DNA from: Macrostomum lignano
Taxonomy: Eukaryota
Direction: 5' to 3'
Assembly: GCA_002269645.1 (NCBI GenBank)
Contig: NIVC01000986.1
Location: 62,001 to 126,000, forward strand
DNA: 64,000 bases
The position numbers were made by a program, and so were the translations under genes. Positions 1 to 12,554 of the stretch are shown piece after piece; positions within the stretch are counted from its first letter, which is position 1, and each line of letters opens with the position of its first letter. The notes beneath the pieces were generated by a model. That model saw nothing but the letters and a program-made list of their open reading frames with translations, searched no databases and was not told where the DNA came from.

Positions 1-3000
1 TCCCGCTGATCATCTCGGCGTGGATGCAGCCCACAGCCCACACGTCCAGAGTCGAGGAGTACTTGGTGCTGCCGAGCAGGACTTCCGGCGGCCGGTACCA
101 CAGCGTGACGATCTCGGAGCTGTAGGTCTTGCTGGGCACGGTCTGGGCGCGGGCCAGGCCGAAGTCTGCCAGCTTGAGCTCGCCGATGGCCGAGATCAGC
201 AGGTTCTGCGGCTTCAGGTCTCGGTGAAGGATTTTCTGCTTATGGCAGAACTCCAGGCCTCGGAGCAGTTGGAATAGAAACAGCTGTGGGGGAATGAGGA
301 GTAATATGAGCCAGTGAGCTTGGGTCGGTGGCATCGAAGGAATCCGATTGGCTGGGAAGGCTGGGGTTGGTAGCAGCAAAATAATCCGATTGGCTGGGGA
401 GGCTGGGGTTGGTAGCAGTGAAGGAATCCGATTGGCTGGGGAGGCTGTGGCAGTAAAGGACTCCGATTGGCTGGGGAGGCTGGGGTTGGTAGCAGTGAAG
501 GAATCCGATTGGCTGGGGAGGCTGTGGCAGTAAAGGACTCCGATTGGCTGGGAGGCTGTCTGAATTTAGTTACGTAAATAAAATAATCAAACCAATCTAC
601 CAGCAGCCCTACCTTGACATTGTGAGAACGCAGGCCTCCCGGATGCTTCTCCAAGTACTTGCTCAAATCCAGAGGCTGTAACCATAGTTGGAAGGCAATA
701 CAAAAAACTACAAGCAATTCATAAAAAACTCAGTTCTATAGAGTCCTATCAGGTAACTTTTACTCACCACATATTCAAAGACAAAGGTAAGGCTGTTCTC
801 GGTGTGAATAATATCGTGCAGGGTCACAATGTTGGCATGTTTCAGGCCCTTGAGAAGCGAGGCTGCAGAGGCAGGGTTTGGAGTGGCATCGCATACAGTT
901 GCAAATACTAAAGCTACGATGAAGGCTGCAGCGCTCACCTTCTCTGATCGCGGTGAACGGCGTGCCCTCCTCGTGCTGCAGCCGAATGTCCTTCAGCGCC
1001 ACAATGGAGTTGGTGACGCTGCGCGTTGGAGGGGGTTTGAAATTGGTTAGCAGAGGGAGCTGCATGGCAGGCTGGAAGCCAGCTTTTATGAGCCTATCAG
1101 GTTAGATTTTAGGCTTAGAGAATGGCCAGCAAATATGAAGCCTGATAAGCTGCAAAGAGTCGTGCCGCTGATCTCTGAACACCTTTCTCATCCTCAGTCA
1201 GTCAGGTGCACACTGCGCCTGGGGGTTGTCAATCATATCGGGTGTGCTGCTAGGGAAAGCTGCGCTCCAAGACTTAAGAAGCCACCAGGCCCCAAGCACT
1301 CACTGTGAGAAGCCACCAGGCCCCACAAACTCACTGTGAGAAGCCACCAGGCCCCACAAACTCACTGAGAAGCCACCAGGCCCCACAAACTCACTGTGAG
1401 AAGCCCTTGTACACCGTAGCGTAGCTGCCCTCGCCCAGCGCCTCCAGCTTTTGGTAGGAGGCCGACCTGCCAAACGACAGGCCCTGCCGCATGGCCTGCC
1501 CGACACCGCCGATGCCGCTGCCGGCGCCGCCACCGGCGCCATAGTCCACGCCGTCAAAGAAGCCTTCAGATTTTGGCCTGTTGGCTTTCTTCTGCTTTTT
1601 AGTCAGCTGCTGTTGCTGCTGCTTCAGGCCGCGCATTGAGCTGGACGGCTGCAGGCCAGCGGCTGGCACTGCAGCGGCGGCTTCTTGCTGCTGCTTCTGC
1701 TGTTGCGGCTGCTGCTGCTGCTGCGGCTGTTGCTGCTTGCTGGTCACATTGCCAGTGGAATGGTGGCGCCGCATCAGACCGTTGCGTATGGAGAATGCTG
1801 GGAGGAGCAGCGGGGAGTGACAGCTTTCAGATCCCACAACCATTGCAACCTGCCTGCCCAACCGGGATTGCAGCTGTTAAAAACGCAGGCAATACTACTC
1901 AAAACAGTAGGCTAACTCACTCTTGAAGAACCGTTTCTGCTTCTCAATGTACTGGTCGCGCATTTCCTGCGTCAGCACTTTCTCCTGGCCGCCGCCCGCC
2001 GCCGCTGCTGACCCGGCCGCCCTGCCACCGCCCGGCGGATCGCCGCTGCCGCCGTTCGCCTGCGACACCTGCAGCGGATAAGTGGGAGAAATATTCCAAT
2101 TGGGAAACGGACTATGGGAAAAAACTACGGAATTCCTTTTAAATACGGAATTTTATTCTGAAAAATCTCTCAACTAAGGAAAAGTTTGAAAACTCCCTAA
2201 TTGAAAATAGGGTTGTAGATGGAGATCTAAAGAGCAGGGAAATCTCCTAAATTGGGAAATGGATTAACGAAATCTCCCCAAATTGGACAATGGATTAACG
2301 AAATCTCCCCAAATTGGGAAATGGATCATTGGAAATCTCCCAAATCGGAAAATGGATTAATGAACTCTCCTAAATTGGGAAATAGATTAATGAAATTCTC
2401 CAAATTAGGAAATGGATTCATTAAAATCGCCCAAACTAAATGGATTTTGGAAATTAGCAGATGGACAGAAATGAAAAGAAAGCCAGCCTGGCTACAGATT
2501 CAGAGATCGGGTTCAGAAGCAGCTGGCGCGCATTGCCATTGCAGTTTAGCCCGCATGCCCCGAAGGCTCCCTCGGCAAAGAACTCAGTCAGTCTCTGTAG
2601 AATTTGAAAGGAAAATCAAGTGAGGCCGGCTGAATGCTGGCGGATTGGCCTGCGGGCTCTCAGCTGCAAGAAGCTGAGCACAGCCGGCTTGCACTACCAG
2701 CTTCATCCGGATCGCCAGCCCCCCGATAAGAGGCAGTCAAAGCGGGACCGTCCCTACTGCCAGCGGGGATCAGGGGGGGGGGCAATTGAGAGGGAATGAG
2801 GAAAATGCCAGTGCCAAGTGTCTCGCTGACAGCTCGCTAAAGCAGTGCACTTGAAAAACGAACAAAGTCCTCGAAACGTCACCCATCATCAATTAGGCGG
2901 CTGAGCAGCGCCCCGAATCCCCTGACCGCATAAAAGGACAAACGAAGGCCAAGCGAGATGCACTTCAAGACAGTTGATTAAAGCAAAGCGAGCCAAAGCT

Positions 3001-6000
3001 GATAGATTGCTGGCAACGGTGGCGAGAGCCGCCACAAAGGCGGAGACAATGCGGGCCGGCCAACTGCTACAATTGGCAGAGCGGAACGAGGCCGACAGGA
3101 TCATCTTTCAATGCAACAAGGCTGGCCGGGGGCGCTCGTATCTGTTCATCTCTCTGCCCGGATGCCCCGCACGCACTGCCAGCATGCGGGCCGCCACTCA
3201 GCCTTGTTCGCCCAAGCCAGCCACCCCGCCCTGCGCTGCCGCCCGGGCGCGAACAAGCCGCCGCCGCCACCTGGAGATTGCGCACTCGCTGCTACTGCAG
3301 CGGCCAAGCCCCGCTGGGACTGGGAGGTCGCAGCCCCCCCAGCCCGCAGCGTTTTCACGTCCGCGCCTAGAGGCAGGGCGGGTCAAGCTCGCAAAGATGG
3401 GGCACAGGCGGGCACTGCTGCCTCCAGCCGAACCTTCCCAAGCCCCAATTGCCCAGCGTAGCCGCGAACTGCTGCGACTTTATTTATAGCAGATCGGCAT
3501 TTGCACCGGGCGCGGCCGGGGGGGGGGGCAGCGGAACGAATTCGAACCGAATTCCAAGGCTCTGCCCGGCCCACTGCACAGTCCAAAATAGAGAATGCTA
3601 GTTGCCAACAAGGAATAACTCAGCCAGGGAAGATCGATGTGAAACTCCTCGTGTGGGAGAATCCGGCCGGCCTAAAAGCGATTTCGTCACCGCTGGCTGT
3701 CAGGTGTCCCACCCTGAGCGCGGGATTCCTGCAGCATCCGGCAGGCAAGCAGGGGAGGTGGAACGCGGCGGCATGGAGGGGGTGGGGGACAGAGGCTCAG
3801 CCTCGGCTCGGTTGTAATTAGTGAAAGCCATAAGAAAAAATTCCTAATGAATTCGGCAGCCACTGGGAAGCCGGACTTATGAATATAAAATGGGACCTGG
3901 GAGCGGGCGGGGACCAGGGCGGCCTCACAGAAGCAGCAAAACAGCAAGAAAACTTATTAGATTTTTCCAACAGGCACGCGAGAAAGCAGAAAATAAACGC
4001 CGCCTCAGAAGCCACAGCCCGGAACGCGGCAGAGGCCGGGGCGAATGAAATTATTCTGAGCAGGGGAGGAAGGGGAGAAAGTAGTGCCGGCCAGAGCTGA
4101 TCAAGTTCTGCAGCAGGCGGACCAGATGCTGGGAATTCAAGGGCGCCCGGCCGCTCCCAGACCCCCCTGTTGCTGGGGAAATTGTATCTGGGCCCCGCGG
4201 GATTTTTGAGGAGATCGGAGGGAACAAAAAGCTGCAGTTTGCGGCCATTCATCATGAGAGAGGAGACAGGAAGGAGGCGAGACTGCGCATATGAATGGCA
4301 GCGGGGCGCATATGAATAATAGTAGCGGCAGTTAAATAGAGCCGCAATCGCACGCATTAGCCCATCCCGCCAGATCGCTGCACCGTGTCCCCCTGTCCGT
4401 CAAAAAATTGGATTAGCCCGGCGCCCCATGGAGCGGACCTGATTAGCGCTTGGCTTCCCAACGAGACGGGCGGAGCAGCTATGGAGAATGAACTCCCCAC
4501 GCCTTCCCCAAGGCGGATTAATGCGGGGGCGTATCAGAAGAGACAAGAGCGATATGAGTGACAAAAGTGCGCGCTAATCCCCTGGTGATACAGTTCTAAT
4601 CCCAGCTCGAGCTCGGCTGAGTGCTTTGAGAGCTCAGGATCGAGCTGGGGACACTTTGAGCTGCCCCGGCGATTTCAGGCGGAATTAAAAGAAGCAGAGC
4701 AAGCAGAGAGCACAGGACAGCTCATAGAGTTCGTGCTGAGAATTAGTTTTGATTATTACTGATCGGCTACCGATATGTGCTGATCGGCTACCGATTTGTA
4801 CTGATCGGCTACCGATATTCGCTGATCGGCTACCGATATGCACTGATCGGCTACCGATATGTGCTGATCGGCTACCGATATTCGCTGATCGGCTACCGAT
4901 ATGTGCTGATCGGCTACCGATATTCGCTGATCGGCTACCGATATGCAATGATCGGCTACCGATATGTGCTGATCGGCTACCGATATTCGCTGATCGGCTA
5001 CCGATATGCAATGATCGGCTACCGATATGTGCTGATCGGCTACCGATATTCGCTGATCGGCTACCGATATGCAATGATCGGCTACCGATATGCACTGATC
5101 GGCTACCGATATGTGTTGATCGGCTACCGATATGTGTTGATCGGCTACCGATATGTGCTGATCGGCTACCGATATGTGCTGATCGGCTAGTTTAAGAAAA
5201 GTACACTGAAATAATTTACAACAGTTGAAAACAATGGACTGCAAACATTAAAGTGCACGGTGCAGACGAAACTCGCATAAACTGCAGATCGGACAGAATT
5301 GGCTTCATGGACTGCTTGCGAATGCAGGACGGGCAGGGGGACTGGCCGAGCAAGCGGGGCCGGTGAAGCCCGATAAACAAACAGCCGTGTAAACAGAGCC
5401 ACCTTCGCGACCTCCCCGCCCTGCCGGACAGTCAGTGAGGGGCAGGCGGTGTCGCGCCGCTCGCACACAAGAAATCCCAAAGCGATCGGGGATTAAGCTG
5501 CGGGGCGAGGCGCTGAGACCGGCGGACAGGGAGGAGGAAGAAATGAGAGAATTTTGCCTTCGAGCCGAGGCCGAGCTCCGCGAGCCCCCCCCCCCGCCCG
5601 CCAGGCCAGCCTAAGCCGGGCCCAAAGGCAGTAAAAACCGGCACGCAGAGGAAAACTGAGATGGGGGGGCGGATTTGAAACAAGCAGAAGGCGGATGCGC
5701 TTCTCGCCCAGCTGTGCCGAGGGCAGAAGAAGTCGCTTATGACGGGACGCCCCTGAGCGGCAATTTCCTAGCATGCCACGGGCTGCCGCAGCTGGGCCGC
5801 CTGCTGATTACAGGCTGCGTCTGCCGCTTTGAGAATGACGCAAATTGGGAAACTCTTGCGAGTTGAGTGGGCATGGGGACTGGTCAGCTGACATGGGGAC
5901 TGGTCAGCTGACATGGGGACTGGTCAGCTGACATGGGGACTGGTCAGCTGACATGGGGACTGGTCAGCTGACATGGGGACTGATCAGCTGACATGGGGAC

Positions 6001-7694
6001 TGGTCAGCTGACATGGGGACTGATCAGCTGACATGGGGACTGGTCAGCTGACATGGGGACTGGTCAGCTGACATGGGGACTGGTCAGCTGACATGGGGAC
6101 TGGTCAGCTGACATGGGGACAGGTCTCGCATGCTGGCGCAAGGCAACTCACCCCGAACATGGAGCCGTGCAGGGCAGACGTGGATCCATTGGCCTGCAGC
6201 TGTTGTGACGGCGGGTCATTTTGCAGCAGTGCTGGCGGTGATGAGGAGGAGTTTGAAATAGTTGATGCACGAATAACTGTTTAACTGCTTTACAGATGGT
6301 TAAGGGTTCAAGCAGAGCTACATGAATTTTTATATTGGGTACACAATCTCCTTCAGTAAGAATTACAATTACGAATCCCATTTATAAACTCTAATCCACT
6401 CACACAGCTTGGAGAAGGACAGGGAGATGCGGGAGCGCAGACTCCTCAGCCGGTCCCGGCTCGAAGCGGTCCTGGCCACGGAGGCGGCGGCCTGCTGCTG
6501 CTGCTCGTGACAGCCTGAGTGGCGAGCGGGGAGCAATTCGGGATGTGAATCTCAATGGGATTTTAACAAAGTTAAACAAAGTTTTTCAAGAGTTACCTGT
6601 CGTGTGGAGTTAAGAGACTGCAATTTTAATTTTTTTATAACGAAACTGCAGTGTAGCAAGCCAACAGCCCCCATGGCGATCATATCCAATATCGCAGTGG
6701 TGAGCACTGAGCACACACAGAGCACTCCAATATCGCAGTGGTAAGCACTGAGCACACAGAGCACTCCAATATCGCAGTGGTGAGCACTGAGCACACAGAG
6801 CACTCCAATATCGCAGTGGTGAGCACTGAGCACACAGAGCACTCCAATATCGCAGTGGTGAGCACTGAGCACACAGAGCACTCCAATATCGCAGTGGTGA
6901 GCACTGAGCACACACAGAGCACTCCAATATCGCAGTGGTGAGCACTGAGCACACACAGAGCACTCCAATATTGCAGTGGTGAGCACTGAGCACACACAGA
7001 GTACTCCAACATCGCAGTGGTGAGCACTGAGCACACACAGAGTACTCCAATATCGCAGTGGTGAGCACTGAGCACACACAGAGCACTCCAACATCGCAGT
7101 GGTGAGCACTGAGCACACACAGAGTACTCCAATATCGCAGTGGTGAGCACTGAGCACACACAGAGTACTCCAATATCGCAGTGGTGAGCACTGAGCACAC
7201 AGAAAGCACTCACCCATCTCAGGCACAGCCAGCGGAGCAGCTCCTGTTGCCATGGAAACGGCGCCAATGCCGAGCTGCGCCTCGTTCATCGACTGAACCA
7301 TGAGGTCGTCGCCGGGCCGCTGCGGGCAGCACCGATGGTGGCCGCCTTCGCCACCGCCGACAGCCGCACCTGCAGCCAGGTAGGCGGCGTAGCCGGGCGG
7401 CAGGTTCAGCACCTCGCTGCGTGGCCGCGGCGGCTTGCCCAGGCGGAGCAGCGAGAAGCGGCTCTTCGCCGTCGCCTGCGACTGCTGGTGATAAAGAGGC
7501 TGCTGGTGAAGCTGCAGGCCGCCGCTGGTCCCGGCTACGGCGGCCTCGCTGGCGGCGGTGGCGAGAGCAGTGCTGGCGGAGCGGGCGATGCCGTTGGCAC
7601 CCGAGAAGCCGGGATAGCGCTGGTCGGAGGGCAGCTGCGCTTCGGCCTCGTAACCATAGTAACCGCTGAGATGCTTGGTGCCGTGATGAGTCAT
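1..7694 (-). CDS. CDK14: PFTAIRE-type cyclin-dependent kinase (CDK14/CDK15/Eip63E-like), 3' end outside the window
   Basis: Exons 7694-7214, 6514-6404, 6276-6152, 2068-1921, 1797-1395, 1018-939, 862-768, 675-613 and 283-<1, all GT-AG and phase-consistent. Motifs: [73 protein letters not shown]. The three 5' exons rest on splice phase, not homology. Confidence 0.93.
338..552. repeat. 36/42-bp minisatellite in CDK14 intron 8
   Basis: Core aatccgattggctggggaggctg repeated about 6 times. Confidence 0.85.
1278..1402. repeat. 31-bp tandem repeat copying the CDK14 exon 5 end and donor site
   Basis: gaagccaccaggccccacaaactcactgtga x4; donor copies (actcac) at 1298, 1329, 1360 and 1389. Confidence 0.9.
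2240..2430. repeat. Degenerate ~30-bp tandem repeat
   Basis: aattgggaaatggattaacgaaatctccc-like units, about 6 copies. Confidence 0.65.
4757..5188. repeat. 21-bp minisatellite with an internal hairpin (atcgg-cta-ccgat)
   Basis: tgatcggctaccgatatgtgc, about 20 copies. Confidence 0.95.
5870..6120. repeat. 20-bp minisatellite
   Basis: acatggggactggtcagctg, about 12 copies, starting about 30 nt inside CDK14 intron 3. Confidence 0.95.
6683..7200. repeat. 39/41-bp minisatellite in CDK14 intron 1
   Basis: ccaatatcgcagtggtgagcactgagcacacagagcact, about 13 copies, abutting the donor. Confidence 0.95.
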
Positions 7695-8851
7695 GCCGAA
7701 CTAGGCGGGCAGAGGTGCGATAGTGGGATAGCTGGGCTCGGATGGCAGCTCAGCCGCTCTTAGATGCCCAGTGTGCGAGTGGCTTGCATTTCCTCTGCTG
7801 TCTGCTTTGGGGAGCTGCAGTAGATAACCTGGAAATGTTGCGCGGTTCAATGTAGCCAATGCGCTGCAGTTATGCACAGGAAATCAGAAAGAACAAAAAA
7901 GACACCATGGGAACGCGAACTTGTTTTTATGATAAACAATGAAAAAATGTGCTCAAGTGTTGCTTTAAAGGCTCTTTTAGTTAGAATTGGCTCAAGTTTT
8001 TGTTATAAAAAATATTTAAATATAACTAACTGCCAAGGCTTGAATAACTCAATAAAACTCAATACCAAACCTATACTAAAAGAATGCTATTATACCAATA
8101 CTTAGAGAGCTAAGACAACTACAGCTAAGGAATAAATCTAAAACAATAATTAATGGGTTCTGTTTAAGTACAGTACCTTGAAAGTGCACTTTTATCTAGC
8201 ATTGCTAATCATATTGTTTCTTCTTATGTTGTATTAAGTTACAGGGGCATGTAGCTACAGGGGGCATATAGTTACAGCATAGGTCTATATTCTACATGTT
8301 GCATAAAGTTATAGAGGACATAGTTATAGGTACAATCACTGATTTGTTCATAATTATTAGTTATTATAAATTCTTATACTTGCTTTTTATTCCAACTAGA
8401 CTCTATTTGAAGCAGCTACAATTAGTAGTGATCAGCCTCTTAATGCAGCTACAATATCCATTAAACCAGCCTCTAATCTGGCTGGGATTTCAATTGACTC
8501 AGCTTCTGCAACTTAGAATGCAGAATAGTTAATTAGCTAAAACCAGCTACAAATTAGCTAACTAGTGCTAAAGCTCAATGTAGCAAGCTTTAGCTATTAG
8601 GTGATGTGCAACACATGATCAAAAAGCAAAATTATTCTGACTTGCAAGTTGCAATCTAACATGCTTGCTAAGGATTTATCGAATGTCGAAAATGTTAAGC
8701 TTGGCAATGATATATTGCAACTATATTATGCTTCTGCAATTATAAATTGCAATCTGGACTGGATCTAGACTGCTTGGCTAGAGCAGTATCAATTGCATCA
8801 TGGCTAGAAGACTCATGTCAATTAGCAAAGAATGCCAGATAGACAAGTTGA

Positions 8852-9012
8852 GTGATTTCTTGTCACAGGATCACTGAGATCGGATCAATTTGAGATTTCT
8901 TGTCACAGGATCACTGAGATCAGATCAATTTGAGATTTCTTGTCATAGGATCACTGAGATCAGATCAATTTGAGATTTCTTGTCACAGGATCACTGAGAT
9001 TGGATCAATTTG
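8852..9012. repeat. 40-bp tandem repeat x4
   Basis: gatttcttgtcacaggatcactgagatcagatcaatttga at 8854, 8894, 8934 and 8974. Confidence 0.9.
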
Positions 9013-9511
9013 ATTGTTGAGCAAAACAAGAGGGTCTCTGCATAAAGATCAAAGAAAGATATTATCTTGACACAATGATGCACTTGCATTCTTTTTTGGG
9101 CTTGACACTTAGCTGAGCTCTGCTCTACAGAATTGAATTTTTATTTCTTTGAATTTGAGAACCAAATCAAGAGGCTTATAAAACATATTGCAAGGTAGCC
9201 AAGAAGCCATACAATGTTGATCTGCATGACAAATTAGACATTGAGCCATTGAAGAGAAGTCAAAGAGCTATACAAGTTCATCGAAAACACTTCTTGAAAG
9301 GCAGCAGAACTAATTGCCATGGACCCAGATAGTCTATCAATCCCATTGGCTCTCAAAGCAGCATTTTTATCTAAGCCAAATAGAAATGCTAGCCAACCAG
9401 ATGTTGTAAACAATGCAACAATTGCTAAAGCTAAATCAGAAACTATACCCCCATAAAAAAGGGATAGACCACCATAGTGCAGAAGGATAGGTATAAAATA
9501 GAAATCATATA

Positions 9512-10297
9512 GGCTCATTCCATATAAGCATGGTCATAACATGACAGGCTATTTTTACTTATAAAATGAAATATAATAATAGAATATACTAAACCAATAT
9601 TTTAAATGAAAGATAATTTTGTCAAAAATATTTTTATAGAGTTTCATGTAGATATCATCATTAGTATAGATGCTATTAAACCTTGAATGGCACTTATGGT
9701 CGTAACAACAGGATTTTTGACATATAGAAACTAAAAGGTAAAAGTCTTATAACATTTTTATTTTTGATATTTTGCAATACATTTTTTAAAATTTGACTAA
9801 GAACATCTTTAGTAATCATACTCTTTGTAGAATATATAAACTCAAAAAGGCAACAAAGATACAAAAGAAAAGGCAGCCTTATGGTCGTAACATTATGGTC
9901 GTAACATATTTTTTTTCTGTCAATTCAGTAACTTTGAGGTACCAATATATTAAAAATATAATAGATTATTTGGTCACCAATACTTTTATCTGATGATGCA
10001 AGTACTATACTTTTATCTATAGTTTGTTTCAACCTTCCAAAGCTTTCTATTTGTTTTTAAAAGGTACACAAACTTAATGATGTCTTTTGCTTAGAAAAAT
10101 GTCTAAATTTTTACAAAAATGACTTTTTGCCACTTGATAGCATACTAATCTAACATTTTATCATTCATTTATTCTTAGATTGTAGATATTACACATAAAA
10201 AACATTTGGTAAAAAAATTGGCTGATAAGGCAATGGCAAGCAAAAATATTGACTTTTTTCTATTTTCCAAAAATGTCCATCTTATATGGAATGAGCC
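9512..10297. mobile_element. Non-autonomous TIR element (MITE), 786 bp
   Basis: Perfect 17-bp TIR ggctcattccatataag (9512-9528) / cttatatggaatgagcc (10281-10297), with TATA on both sides. AT-rich non-coding interior with ttatggtcgtaaca three times (9694, 9879, 9893). Confidence 0.8.
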
Positions 10298-11866
10298 TAT
10301 ACCAAGGCTAGGTATAGTATATATTGTATATCATTCATTTTTACTACAGGGCCTTTCATCATACATATTATAACATTATATATGTTGGCCACACTATTGT
10401 ACATTATATGCATAGTGCATTCACAGGTTCACAATAAGACTATGAATTTATAAGTGGCTACATTACTACTATTTATATTACTTGAAGTTGTAGTCAATAT
10501 AATAGTATGTTATATGATATTTAATAATTATATTAGAATGCTCATTAAAAACAAAATTTACAATATGCTTTTAATGTTTTTTCTACAGTTTAAGTATAAA
10601 AAACTGTACAATACAATAGTTTTTAAAACCTTGCTGCAATAAAACATAAAATTTATATTTTTAGGCCAAGCAAATATATATTGATGTACCTTTTATTTTA
10701 GTCTTTACTTTATATAATGATTTTTTAATTTAATCAACACTTAATTTATCTGTATACCAACTTCTATGCTTTTCTTGGAATGTGTTATATTTCTTGGGTA
10801 TAGTTTCTAAATGCTAACTTTTGTTTTGGTAAGAATATACTTTGCTATAAAATTTTCTATTTCAAAAAAATTGAAAGAGAATATAGGTAAAATTTATCTT
10901 ATTTAAACAATCCTGCTGTCCACAGTAAACATTTAACAACTTTTGCAACAATCCTATAATGTAGGAATAAAAAAATAAAAATAAATAATATCTAATTATA
11001 TTGGCATTGCAGTTTATAGTGACTTTTTGCCAAAACTAACTAGGGGGCATAACCATTTTTGTTCAATTTAAAAAAAGATATGCTATGCAGAACTTCAAAA
11101 GCACCCATTTTAATGTACTTTGCAAAGATTTTTAAAGCTCTAACATTAACTCTAAGTAGGCCTTAATATTATACTAAACTAAAGCAAAAATTAATATAGC
11201 CTAATAATAGGCCTATATAAATATAAAAATCTAAGATTCTTGATTTAAAGATTGAAATCAAGAGAACTAGGCCTAGTTCATTAATAATTGTATCAATAAT
11301 CATATCAAAATTTTAAGTAGAATATACTCATGAGTCATAAATGCCTCGAACCTGTCAACCTGATCCAGCCAACCAACCAGGTGATGCTACAATATTACAG
11401 TATTATTCATATTTAGATCGGGTCCAGGGGCAAGGCTGGAGCTCTAAACCAACTTAGTAATTTTATCAAAGCTGTCACTTACGCCACTTACCACTAGATC
11501 CGCGTACTGTACTAAACTACGCCTACTACTAACAACAAATGGTACAACAACACGATTATTTCAACAATTTATAACGGATATTTCGGTAATTTCGTTTATT
11601 TTAACGGTAACTTTCCTTCAGTCGTACATCTCTGCATTTATGTTTACTTTTTTAATGCGCTTTAAAAATTTACATTATTCTTTTTGAGTGACCTATCTTT
11701 TGTTTTTCAACCAAACGATTTGCAAACATAGCATACAGCTTTGTTTTAACCAGTTATTTTTCACCGGCTTGTAGCATTAGAGCTACATACAGTGGTATAT
11801 AGTGGTCCTTGGCCTCTGCTAAAACGCAGCTAAAGTTTAACTTTAACTCGATTATGGCATATGCTA

Positions 11867-11893
11867 GACTGACTGACTGACGGACTGACTGTT

Positions 11894-11925
<32 letters not shown>

Positions 11926-11946
11926 TGACTGACTGACTGACTGACT

Positions 11947-11989
<43 letters not shown>

Positions 11990-12235
11990 TGACTGACTGA
12001 CTGACTGACTGACTGACTGACTGACTGACTGACTGACTGACTGACTGACTGACTGACTGACTGACTGACTGACTGACTGACTGACTGACTGACTGACTGA
12101 CTGACTGACTGACTGACTGACTGACTGACTGACTGACTGACTGACTGACTGACTGACTGACTGACTGACTGACTGACTGACTGACTGACTGACTGACTGA
12201 CTGACTGACTGACTGACTGACTGACTGACTGACTG
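11867..12235. repeat. (GACT)n microsatellite
   Basis: About 90 nearly perfect units. Confidence 0.98.
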
Positions 12236-12319
12236 AAATGATTAAGACATTACAACAAAGCTTTTTTGGATGCTAGCATTGCCCAAAGAGCTGGTAATAA
12301 GCTGCAATGCTATATCACA

Positions 12320-12325
12320 TTTATT
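12320..12325 (-). terminator. Polyadenylation signal AATAAA of the peptide gene
   Basis: tttatt on the plus strand, about 60 nt past the stop codon at 12384. Confidence 0.5.
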
Positions 12326-12383
12326 CAGAGTCAAAGAAGCTTATTGACTCTATAGTTAATTTGAAAGCGAGGCTGCCGCTCGA

Positions 12384-12554
12384 TCATAGCATGCAGCCGC
12401 CCTGACCAACGCAGAAGCCGAGATTGCACACGTTTTCAGGCTCTCCAACACAGCTGCCATCGTCACTCTCAGCGTCGCAGCTGCAGTCGCCAGCCGCCAG
12501 TTGCGCGGCGCCTACCAGAACCAGAGCGACGAGAAGCATCAGAAGTCTCAGCAT
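12384..12554 (-). CDS. Small secreted cysteine-rich peptide precursor, 56 aa, no family recognised
   Basis: Manual translation: MLRLLMLLVALVLVGAAQLAAG-DCSCDAESDDGSCVGEPENVCNLGFCVGQGGCML*. Hydrophobic leader, 6 Cys, GCC-ATG context, AATAAA at 12325-12320. Below the apparent ~60-aa floor of the ORF track. Confidence 0.72.
   Translation of the reverse strand: MLRLLMLLVALVLVGAAQLAAGDCSCDAESDDGSCVGEPENVCNLGFCVGQGGCML

Noticed and set aside
2400-4700. Many 60-180-aa GC-rich ORFs in CDK14 intron 3
   Set aside because: Expected by chance at this GC content; no domains, and the CDK14 frame closes without them.
8600-9500. Possible decayed LINE (L2/CR1-like) 3' fragment with a GLDT/AELC-like stretch
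   Set aside because: Only vague similarity across many stops; needs a Dfam or tBLASTx search.
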